From an uncultured Gammaproteobacteria bacterium (GTDB taxonomy: Bacteria; Patescibacteriota; Microgenomatia; UBA10105), in the NCBI GenBank assembly GCA_964412165.1, contig CAYPMW010000002.1, positions 1,324 through 65,323 on the forward strand: a stretch of DNA of 64,000 bases, read 5' to 3'. Below the pieces are notes generated by a model. The model worked only from the letters and a program-made list of their open reading frames with translations, had not been told where the DNA came from and did not search any database. The translations under genes were made by a program, and so were the position numbers. Below are positions 9,798 through 18,284 of the stretch, in pieces (position 1 is the first letter of the stretch; each line of letters begins with the position of its first letter).

Positions 9798-11861
9798 TTA
9801 ACTGACGCTCGGGGGTGGTAATTTCGGCTTTGTCCACGAAGCGAAGTTGCAATCGGGGTAACGGGAGCAACCATAGAAAATTCGACCTCGCTTTGTTTTT
9901 TTGACAATTACATCGCCTTGAGAGCATTTGGGGCATCTCATGTCGATTTTTACAACGATATTTTTGGTGTATTTACAGTCCGGAAATCTCGAACAGGCCA
10001 TGAATTTACCGTACCTGCCCAGCTTAATAATCACCTCCCCCAGTTTGCACTCTGGGCATACTTCTCCTGTTTTTTCTACCGGAGCTTCAACTTTCTGTAC
10101 TGTTTCTTCGACGTGTCTTAGTTTTTCCGAGAAAGGCTTATAAAATTCGCTAATTACTGGTATCCATTCTCTTTTTCCTTCGGCTATTTCATCAAGCTCC
10201 CCTTCCATGTTGGCAGTAAATGGCAGGTTTACAATATCGGGAAAATACGCTACTAAAAAATCATTCACTAATAACCCGAGTTCTGTCGGCACAAAATTCC
10301 TTCCTGTGCGGCCGTCGGGCTTAGTTTCCTTGGCGACATACTGCCGCTCTTGGATAGTTGACAAGGTTGGCGCATATGTTGATGGCCTGCCGATTCCGTC
10401 TTCTTCAAGTGCTTTAATGAGTGAGGCTTCGCTGTAGCGTGGCGGCGGTGTAGTAAATTTTTGTTGCGGCAAGGATTCAGCTAAATCAAGCGTTTCCCCA
10501 ACTCGTACATCAGGCACTTCTTTTACCTCACTATCTCTCCCCATTACCTTTAAAAATCCGTCGAACTTAACGACCGAACCCTGTGTCTCAAACAGGTACC
10601 CGTTGGGTGTCGTAATTCGGATAGTAGTCGAATCAAAAATCGCCTCGGTCATTTGCGAAGCTAACGCCCGTTTCCAAATGAGCTCGTAGAGTTTAGTGTG
10701 GTCACTTCTGAGTGTCGTATCCCCAGATTTTAAATGTTCCGGCGAAGCGTAAATGTTGGTGGGCCGGATGGCTTCGTGTGCTTCTTGGGCTAACTTTGAT
10801 TTAGTTGTGTAGGTACGGTAATGGGAATAATTGTTTCCGTAAGTTTTTTCAATATATACTTTTGCTTGTCCTAAAAATTTCGTCGACAATACAACTGAAT
10901 CGGTGCGGTGGTAGGTAATCAATCCCTTTTCGTATAACAACTGAGCGGCTCTCATGGTACGTCTAGCAGTAAAACCCAAACGTTTTCCGGCATCGATTTG
11001 CATAGCTGATGTTGTATAAGGGGGTCCGGGATATCGCTTCACTTCTTTTTTGTCTACGGCTGATACGGTATATGGAGTCTGCCAGTCGGCAATAATTTGT
11101 TTTGCATGAGTCTCGTTTGAAATCGTAGATTTCGTATATGAATATGAACCATCAAAAAGCTTGAGCGTCTCACTAGTCTCATATTTAATCCCATCCTTGG
11201 ATTTGAGCTCAGATTCAATTTGTTTCTGCGTACTTCGGGCTACAAACTGCGAATAAATCACCCAGTATTCCTGTAAATTGAACCGTTCAATTTCCCTTTC
11301 CCTTTCAACGATCAGCCTGAGAGCTATCGACTGAACCCGCCCTGCAGACAACCATCTTCTTGACAACTTTTTCCACAACATTGGTGACAATTTGTAACCA
11401 ACTAGCCTATCTAATACACGACGGGCTTGTTGGGCATTCACCAATGGAATGTTGAGGGAACCGGAATGAGTTAGCGCTTCTTTGATAGCGTCCTCGGTGA
11501 TTTCGTGGAAAGTAATGCGCTCGAACTTATTTTCGTCTATCGTTTCATTTTTGATTTTGGCTCCCTCTTGCGAAAGGATGACCGCCATATGATATGCAAT
11601 CGCCTCGCCTTCACGATCAGGATCAGTTGCTAGCACAACCTTTATGTCATCCTTAACAAGCGTTCTTAGTTCTTTTACCCGCTTGGACTTGTCCCTGGGT
11701 ATGACGTATTTGGGAGTAAAATTTTTCTCCACGTCGACACCGAGCTCTCCTTTCGGAAGATCCCTCAAGTGTCCAAATGTTGCCTCAATCCGGTAGTCTT
11801 TCCCTAAAAACCGAGACAGGGTTCGAGCTTTAGTAGGTGATTCAACCAGAACTAGTTTCAT
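9798..11861 (-). CDS. topA: DNA topoisomerase I
   Basis: N-terminal Toprim (LVLVESPTKARTL), catalytic-core similarity throughout, C-terminal zinc ribbons (CPECK...C, CPKCS...C). Confidence 0.95.
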   Translation of the reverse strand: MKLVLVESPTKARTLSRFLGKDYRIEATFGHLRDLPKGELGVDVEKNFTPKYVIPRDKSKRVKELRTLVKDDIKVVLATDPDREGEAIAYHMAVILSQEGAKIKNETIDENKFERITFHEITEDAIKEALTHSGSLNIPLVNAQQARRVLDRLVGYKLSPMLWKKLSRRWLSAGRVQSIALRLIVEREREIERFNLQEYWVIYSQFVARSTQKQIESELKSKDGIKYETSETLKLFDGSYSYTKSTISNETHAKQIIADWQTPYTVSAVDKKEVKRYPGPPYTTSAMQIDAGKRLGFTARRTMRAAQLLYEKGLITYHRTDSVVLSTKFLGQAKVYIEKTYGNNYSHYRTYTTKSKLAQEAHEAIRPTNIYASPEHLKSGDTTLRSDHTKLYELIWKRALASQMTEAIFDSTTIRITTPNGYLFETQGSVVKFDGFLKVMGRDSEVKEVPDVRVGETLDLAESLPQQKFTTPPPRYSEASLIKALEEDGIGRPSTYAPTLSTIQERQYVAKETKPDGRTGRNFVPTELGLLVNDFLVAYFPDIVNLPFTANMEGELDEIAEGKREWIPVISEFYKPFSEKLRHVEETVQKVEAPVEKTGEVCPECKLGEVIIKLGRYGKFMACSRFPDCKYTKNIVVKIDMRCPKCSQGDVIVKKTKRGRIFYGCSRYPDCNFASWTKPKLPPPSVS

Positions 11862-11925
11862 AAAGAATTCAAAAATTAAATATCAAAATATAAAATGACA
11901 ATCCAAAAATAAAATATGTCTTTAT

Positions 11926-12026
11926 ACTATTCTTACTGTAATTTGCAACTTTTTCGAATGAAAAATGTTGCTAAATCAGTCTAGAATGCGTTATACCCGG
12001 AACATTTCATTGTGTGAAGGGTATAT
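11926..12026. repeat. ~100-nt structured repeat element, copy 1 (inverted relative to copies 2 and 3)
   Basis: ~95% identical to the reverse complement of 14601-14703; termini ATACCCTTC...GAAGGGTAT are inverted repeats. Confidence 0.85.
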
Positions 12027-12084
12027 CATTTGTGCAGTTTGAATTTTTAACAATCATTTTGATCTTTGATCTTTACATTTTGCA

Positions 12085-13188
12085 TTATTTAAGTCCGTAT
12101 TTGCCGTTTCCCAGGTCCCGTATTATACCACCCAGTTCCATTTTGGTAAGGAGAACGCTTGTTTCCTGAGCTCTTTTTTGTAAACGGCGGACGATCTCAT
12201 CAAAGTGTAGTTCACCTCCAGAAAGTAAATCAATGACGAGTTTTTCTTCAGGTAAAACATCGTTAGTGTGAATGAGTCTAACTTGGGATTTTTGCACATG
12301 TAATTCCTCAAGTATATCATCCACCCTGGTAATGACAGATGCTCCCTGTCGCAATAAACTTGCTGGACCGTCAGATAAGTAGCTCGTAATCGGACCCGGT
12401 ACGGCAAATACTTCTTTCCCTTGTTCAGCTGCGTAGCGCGCGGTGATAAGTGATCCTGAGTCGATAGCTCCTTCGGTAACTACAACACCTCGTGAGAGAC
12501 CAGATATGATACGGTTTCGTGCAGGAAACAAACCTTTGAGAACCGTGTGTCCCGGTGGAACTTCAGATACTACCGAACCGTCCTTCTCAATAATCTCCTG
12601 GTAGAGAGGCCAGTGTTCTGGCGGATAAATGACATCCACACCACATCCCAAAACTGCTATGGTAATCCCATTATGCCTTAAAGTAGTTCTGTGTGCGATG
12701 GCATCTATGCCTCTCGCCATGCCTGAGACGATAGTGAAACCGCCCGTTACTAAACCCTCCGTCAGCGTCTCGGTGACTAGTTTACCGTATGGAGTCGGTT
12801 TACGAGTCCCTACTATCGCAATTACTTGCTTTTTTGTTTCAGGTAATGCTCCTTTTATATATAGTGCAATAGGCGGATCAGGTATTGACATTAAAGGCTC
12901 GGGATACCCCGAATCCATCAATGTAATGATTTTGATTTCCTTTTGTAAAAGTTCCTCTTTAAACTGGCGCGGAATAAATCTGTCACGAAATGAGACAAAA
13001 TTAGAGGTAAGCTTTTGGGAAAGACCAATACGCGTTAATGCACTTTCGTTCGCCTTCCAGGCAGCAATGGCTGAGCCGAAATAATCCTTTAAAAGCTTAA
13101 ATCGCATCGGCCCGATGCCGGAGAATGCGCTAAATCCCAAGTATGCGTCCCGCTCACCCACCTCATTTAAATGGTGTATATTTGTCAT
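12085..13188 (-). CDS. dprA: DNA processing protein DprA (Smf)
   Basis: VAIVGTRKPTPYGKLVTETLTEGL...IVSGMARGIDAIAHR...AVLGCGVDVIYP are canonical DprA Rossmann motifs; the conserved dprA-topA neighbourhood is present. Confidence 0.9.
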   Translation of the reverse strand: MTNIHHLNEVGERDAYLGFSAFSGIGPMRFKLLKDYFGSAIAAWKANESALTRIGLSQKLTSNFVSFRDRFIPRQFKEELLQKEIKIITLMDSGYPEPLMSIPDPPIALYIKGALPETKKQVIAIVGTRKPTPYGKLVTETLTEGLVTGGFTIVSGMARGIDAIAHRTTLRHNGITIAVLGCGVDVIYPPEHWPLYQEIIEKDGSVVSEVPPGHTVLKGLFPARNRIISGLSRGVVVTEGAIDSGSLITARYAAEQGKEVFAVPGPITSYLSDGPASLLRQGASVITRVDDILEELHVQKSQVRLIHTNDVLPEEKLVIDLLSGGELHFDEIVRRLQKRAQETSVLLTKMELGGIIRDLGNGKYGLK

Positions 13189-13223
13189 GGACTAGAGTAG
13201 ACCGTATAATCGACTTACCATAC

Positions 13224-13802
13224 ATGAAACCATGTATATTATTTGATATAGATTTTACCCTGATCGACACTAATAAGCTGCATACACGGATTAAAAGATA
13301 TCTTTTTAATTTAAAAAATGCGCCATTTGTCTGGAACAATATTGCCGCTGTGAGACACGTAGCAACGTACACACACATTAAAGATCTCAATCCTACCCGA
13401 TTTGAACGCACCCTTTTTGATCCACTCTATTATACGCAAGCAGTATATCCGGATGTTGAGGCCTCCCTAATGACACTCAAACAATTTGCCCGTTTAGGCA
13501 TCTGGTCAGAGGCTAGTCCTCGCCTTCAATATATTAAGTTATTTTTCTCTCGATTATATAATTTTTTTGATCCCAACCTAATAAGTATTACGCCTTCGAA
13601 ATGCGCGTTACTTCCTCTTCTCGCGCAACGCTTTGGTCCAAATTTATATATCATCGACGACCGCCCCGATATGCTGAAAACAGCTCGAAATTATAATATT
13701 CATACAGTTTTAATTGATCGAAACAAAAAATATGTCTACTCTCCTGACTTCAACTATATCACCACTTTACTAGAAATTACCCAAATCTTTAAATTACGTT
13801 AA
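13224..13802 (+). CDS. HAD-superfamily hydrolase
   Basis: Motif I ILFDIDFTLIDT (DxDxT) and late IIDDRPD; start moved to the Met at 13224 (the track ORF starts upstream at 13143). Confidence 0.6.
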   Translation: MKPCILFDIDFTLIDTNKLHTRIKRYLFNLKNAPFVWNNIAAVRHVATYTHIKDLNPTRFERTLFDPLYYTQAVYPDVEASLMTLKQFARLGIWSEASPRLQYIKLFFSRLYNFFDPNLISITPSKCALLPLLAQRFGPNLYIIDDRPDMLKTARNYNIHTVLIDRNKKYVYSPDFNYITTLLEITQIFKLR

Positions 13803-14585
13803 CCATAATCGTCTCAAGAAACTATTGAGAAATCCTTTAGAACTCGCTAGTAATAAGATACTTCCGTAATGGAACACATAGTACCAAAGAATCCAAGAAT
13901 TTGAACTACTTCTGATGAGAATAAATGCTGCCGAGAATCCTATCGCGCACAGCACTCGAATAGTAGACAAGTCAAAGAGTGTGGAAGTATGTTCCTTCTC
14001 AATCTTAAAGGTAACTGCTAACACCAATCCGCACCATATCATCACATACGCGGTAAATGGATCCATCACTTGACCTCCTGCCACTACTACACCAAGTGCA
14101 AACCGGGCTGGATGAGTACTACTTATGATAAGTGTACCAATGACCTGATCTATTTTTTTAAGGACCATCGTATATATTAGATTCAAACCGATAAAAAAGA
14201 ACTGAAAAATTACCAGGGTAGGTAAATAAATTGTCCCTAAGAGGATCGATAATCCGATCAAGGCTATCGCATCAATCGCTATAATGAGTCGGCTCACCCG
14301 CATACGGATCCATAGACGGCGCCGTTTAAATCTATGGGAGTAATCATGGGTGTAATCAAAAGCATTATTACATGCATAAATACCACCATACATAAGCATC
14401 CCGTGTATAAGAAAAATCTTTATAAATATGAATATATGTGATACTGATATAGATAAACCCGAAGTAAAGATAAATCCAATGAGGAGATGAAAAAAGTTCC
14501 CCAAGCGAATAAACCGGTGTGTATGAATATAGATAGCAATCAAAGTTGCTATCCGGTTTAGTGACAGCTTGACGTCGTGATTCAT
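13794..14585 (-). CDS. UbiA-family prenyltransferase-like membrane protein
   Basis: ACNNAFDYTHDYSHR fits the UbiA N[DN]xxDxxxD...R motif; ~8 TM helices. Confidence 0.55.
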   Translation of the reverse strand: MNHDVKLSLNRIATLIAIYIHTHRFIRLGNFFHLLIGFIFTSGLSISVSHIFIFIKIFLIHGMLMYGGIYACNNAFDYTHDYSHRFKRRRLWIRMRVSRLIIAIDAIALIGLSILLGTIYLPTLVIFQFFFIGLNLIYTMVLKKIDQVIGTLIISSTHPARFALGVVVAGGQVMDPFTAYVMIWCGLVLAVTFKIEKEHTSTLFDLSTIRVLCAIGFSAAFILIRSSSNSWILWYYVFHYGSILLLASSKGFLNSFLRRLWLT

Positions 14586-14600
14586 ACTAAATACACACGT

Positions 14601-14703
14601 ATACCCTTCTCACAATGAAATGTTCCGGGTATAACTCCTTCTAGACTGAATTAGCAACATTTTTCATTCGAAAAAGTTGCAAATTACAGTAAGAAGAGTA
14701 TTC
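14601..14703. repeat. ~100-nt structured repeat element, copy 2
   Basis: Inverted repeat of copy 1; shares its first ~52 nt and last ~22 nt with copy 3. Confidence 0.85.
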
Positions 14704-14740
14704 AATTAGCATGCACATCAACAGGAAAAATAGTCAAGTT

Positions 14741-16534
14741 TTATCGTTTAAACCATTCTTCAAGAATTTTTTTGGCAATAGGAGCAGCGACATTTGAACC
14801 TTCTCCGCCTTTCTCCAGAAGCACTGTCACCGATATTTCCGGCTCACCTGTAATAACTGAATTTGATTTTTCTCCTGGCAGTGGAGCAAATACACTAAAC
14901 CAGGCATGGGTTTTGTTTTCCGGATCACCGAATTCTGCAGTACCTGTTTTACACGCCACGGGCACGCTTTTTTGTCTTCTTTCACCATTCCCATTTTCAA
15001 ATTTTTCCTGAACAACCGAAAAATTAAATAGCGGCCACCCAGTACCCCTATATGTGGTATCGGAACCTTCCATGCACGCCCGTCGCATGCCTTCTCTCAC
15101 CAGTATAACCGTATCCTCACTCAAGTGAAGATCTCTGCATGTACCTTTGTCAGTCTTATGGAGCGTCGGCTTACACAATTTTCCGTTCGCGGCGATAGCG
15201 TTTGTCCATAGATTAACTTGAAGCGGTGTAGTCTGAAGATCTCCCTGCCCGATTGACACATGATATGTATCTCCCAGATACCAACCTCCCCCACGGACTT
15301 TTTTCCGCCACTCAGGATCGGGCATCACTCCCTCTGCTTCACCAGATAGTTCAAGACCTGTTTTTTGTCCGATACCTAATTCTTTCCCCCAGTGAGCGAG
15401 TGTTTCAATTCCTGTCTTTTCGCCTAAGTGATAAAAATAAATATCATTGCTTCTCGCGATCCCCTTTACAATATCTACCATGCCGTCTTTTTTACCATTT
15501 TGGATAAAGTTCCAATTGCCGAATGAAAATGTCCCTATGGTCAAAATTCCCGTATCCTCAAACAGGGTTGTACCTGAGACTGCTTTTGACTCAAGCCCTG
15601 CGATGCTTGATACAATTTTAAAGGTTGAACCGGGAGGATATACTCCTGATATGGCCCGGTTAAATAACGGCTTAGCCTCGCTTTTGAATAATTTCTCGTA
15701 TTCACTCCGAGTTATCCCCTGATGAATCAAATTAGGGTTAAAGGATGGCGTTGAGATAAGAGCTAGTATTTCGCCTGTGGTGGGTTTAGTGACCACTACC
15801 GCACCGGTATACCCTCCCATCGCCTGATAAGCGACTTGCTGTAGATCAGCGTCAAGCGAGAGCGTGAGATCTCGTCCGGGTTTAGCGTCAATTTTACCCA
15901 AAGTCCTCACTTTCACACCACTTGAATCGACTTCAATGAGTTCTCTGCCATTTATACCTTTGAGTTCTGGATTAAAAGATTCTTCTATTCCCATCCTTCC
16001 CAAACGGTCACCGGGTTCAAAATCTTGGTAAGCGTAATATGGGTTCTTCAATTCTTCCTGCGAAATTTCGCCTAAGAATCCCAACACATGTGCAGTTTCC
16101 TGGGGATACTCATATTCACGTAGATAATCGTGCTCCGAGTAATATTTTTCTTTGCTGTACCCTTTTTCTTTCCATTCTTCCTCGGTCAAAAATTCTACCC
16201 CGCACGTTTTTCCTACCTCGCACGGTGGGCTTACTCTGTAGGCCGGAATGTTTCGCACGAGCGGTACACCCCGACGGTCTTTGATAGTTCCTCGTGGAGC
16301 ATGGATGACGGATGAACGAATGCGGTTTTCTTCGGATAGTTCACGGTTCTTTGCACCTGAAACAATAGTAAGATGAAATAGCCTAAGAAATAATACACTG
16401 AAGATAACTATCAAAATAAAATATAAAAAAGTAATGCGTGCACCCCAACCTCTGATTGGAGGTGGTGGAGTGGCGCTTCGCCTCTTGGTCATTTTGATAA
16501 TACTATCTGAGAAAGCTTGGCCAAGTTTCACCAT
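14741..16534 (-). CDS. mrdA: penicillin-binding protein 2 (elongasome transpeptidase)
   Basis: N-terminal TM plus PBP dimerisation region; STFK (SxxK), SND (SxN) and KTGTAE (KTG) motifs. Confidence 0.9.
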   Translation of the reverse strand: MVKLGQAFSDSIIKMTKRRSATPPPPIRGWGARITFLYFILIVIFSVLFLRLFHLTIVSGAKNRELSEENRIRSSVIHAPRGTIKDRRGVPLVRNIPAYRVSPPCEVGKTCGVEFLTEEEWKEKGYSKEKYYSEHDYLREYEYPQETAHVLGFLGEISQEELKNPYYAYQDFEPGDRLGRMGIEESFNPELKGINGRELIEVDSSGVKVRTLGKIDAKPGRDLTLSLDADLQQVAYQAMGGYTGAVVVTKPTTGEILALISTPSFNPNLIHQGITRSEYEKLFKSEAKPLFNRAISGVYPPGSTFKIVSSIAGLESKAVSGTTLFEDTGILTIGTFSFGNWNFIQNGKKDGMVDIVKGIARSNDIYFYHLGEKTGIETLAHWGKELGIGQKTGLELSGEAEGVMPDPEWRKKVRGGGWYLGDTYHVSIGQGDLQTTPLQVNLWTNAIAANGKLCKPTLHKTDKGTCRDLHLSEDTVILVREGMRRACMEGSDTTYRGTGWPLFNFSVVQEKFENGNGERRQKSVPVACKTGTAEFGDPENKTHAWFSVFAPLPGEKSNSVITGEPEISVTVLLEKGGEGSNVAAPIAKKILEEWFKR

Positions 16535-16540
16535 AACAGG

Positions 16541-17140
16541 TCACGTGAGAATAAACAGATGCGAGAAAAAATATATTGTCAACGACAATCCAATACCTAA
16601 CATCACCTCAAGTATTGTGTGATTATTCAAGTATACTCTCGACCAAGCCACAAGAATAATGCCGACAACTCCAAAATACTTCCATGTTCCAAAATTATTA
16701 AGCACCAAGAGATATATAAGTGTCACGCCAGCAGTATGCGCACTAATTTTCCAAAACAGAGTGACAACAAAAAAAAGGATTATGCCAGCTAAAAACACGA
16801 GGGTCAACCGTAATGCAGTATCAAGCTCCATCGACCAGAAGATAAAAACTAATGAAACTAACATTAACAGGCTAAAAAGTATCACAGAGTATCGTTCTTT
16901 TCTGATCCGTAAGTTCCAATCAGATATTTTCTTCACTGCTTTAAGAAAGATGAGGATAAATAAAATCGGTAATAATCCTGCCAGGAGAAATATATACGCG
17001 GAGAGTTTACGCAAATCTTCACTTGACTCAAACCGGATGAGATAAAGTATAACTAACAGGGGAAATACGAACAAAGGATAAGTGATAAAAGATATAAGTT
17101 GTGCTATGAAACGGACAATTCTTTTTGCCATAGGTATCAT
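16541..17140 (-). CDS. multi-pass membrane protein in the mreB-pbp2 gap (MreD position; weak PAP2-like SAH/SRxxxxxH motifs)
   Basis: 199 aa, 5-6 TM; sits where mreC/mreD normally lie; ISAHTAG and SRVYLNNHT noted. Confidence 0.35.
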   Translation of the reverse strand: MIPMAKRIVRFIAQLISFITYPLFVFPLLVILYLIRFESSEDLRKLSAYIFLLAGLLPILFILIFLKAVKKISDWNLRIRKERYSVILFSLLMLVSLVFIFWSMELDTALRLTLVFLAGIILFFVVTLFWKISAHTAGVTLIYLLVLNNFGTWKYFGVVGIILVAWSRVYLNNHTILEVMLGIGLSLTIYFFSHLFILT

Positions 17141-18186
17141 CTTAAACCGCCCGTCACCCTCACCCGGTTAAGCAGTGTTTCATCCTCGAGCAGTTTAAGA
17201 GCTCCCCGGACTACGGCTGTTTGCGGGTCTTCGCTTACCCACACTGGCATTTTCATTTCTTGTGCAATCAGTTTTTCGATCCCCCGAAGTTGTGCTCCCC
17301 CTCCAGCCAAAGTGATTCCCTGTTCCATAATATCACCAATAAATTCGGGTGGAGTCTCCTCAATCACTTCTTTTATGCCTGAAAGAATCTGGTTTACCAC
17401 ACTTGCTAATGCTTCACGGATCTCAGCGGCATTGAGTTTCAGTGATTTGGGAAGTCCCGCCTCAAGATCCCTACCACGGACTACGGTTTGATTTGTATCG
17501 TCTACGATAAAAGCTGAACCGATCGCAATTTTGACACTTTCAGCAGTTTGCTCTCCCAGAAGCAGTGAATGCTTGAGCCGGGCAAATGAGATGACTGCTT
17601 GATCAAGCTCATCGCCGGCTATCCGGATAGAACGGTTAACGACTATACCTCCAAGAGATATCACCGCAATCTCAGTCGTACCACCACCTATATCAACAAT
17701 CATAGAACCTACAGAATCCTCAACCGGTAACCCTGCTCCAATAGCCGCGGCCATTGGCTCCTCGATCAAATACGCAGTCCGCGCACCGGCATCAAGGGCT
17801 GCCTCCTGTACCGCTCGACGCTCTACTTCAGTGACTCCTGAGGGTATCCCTACAACTATTTTCGGCCGGGGAATATTGGGAAAATATCGCTGAGGTTTAA
17901 CATGAACAAGCTTTATATAATGAGCCAGCATAGCAGCAGTCGCGTCAAAATCGGAGATAACACCACGCCTCAGTGGTCTAAGAGCTTCAATCATTTGGGG
18001 AGTTTTTCCGATCATTTTCTTGGCTTCACTGCCGACAGCGAGCACTTTTTTTGTTTTTTTATGTCGGGCAACGACTGACGGTTCCCGCACCACAATTCCC
18101 TTACCTTTGATCGCTACAAGCGTATTGGCTGTACCCAAATCGACCGCTAAATCGTGAGAAAATAAACCGAAGATAAAATCCAGCAT
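17137..18186 (-). CDS. mreB: rod-shape determining protein MreB
   Basis: DLGTANTLV phosphate-1 motif and actin-fold motifs throughout; 349 aa. Confidence 0.95.
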   Translation of the reverse strand: MLDFIFGLFSHDLAVDLGTANTLVAIKGKGIVVREPSVVARHKKTKKVLAVGSEAKKMIGKTPQMIEALRPLRRGVISDFDATAAMLAHYIKLVHVKPQRYFPNIPRPKIVVGIPSGVTEVERRAVQEAALDAGARTAYLIEEPMAAAIGAGLPVEDSVGSMIVDIGGGTTEIAVISLGGIVVNRSIRIAGDELDQAVISFARLKHSLLLGEQTAESVKIAIGSAFIVDDTNQTVVRGRDLEAGLPKSLKLNAAEIREALASVVNQILSGIKEVIEETPPEFIGDIMEQGITLAGGGAQLRGIEKLIAQEMKMPVWVSEDPQTAVVRGALKLLEDETLLNRVRVTGGLR

Positions 18187-18284
18187 AAAAAGTAAACGCA
18201 GTATAGCATACCGCTTGGATAGTAGAATTTAGAAAGTGAGACCAGAATACCAAAAACACTTCGTCGGTATGGTACAATTCTTAC

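Noticed and set aside
12123-12407. 94-aa ORF in another frame within dprA
   Set aside because: Fully contained in the well-supported dprA coding region in a different frame.
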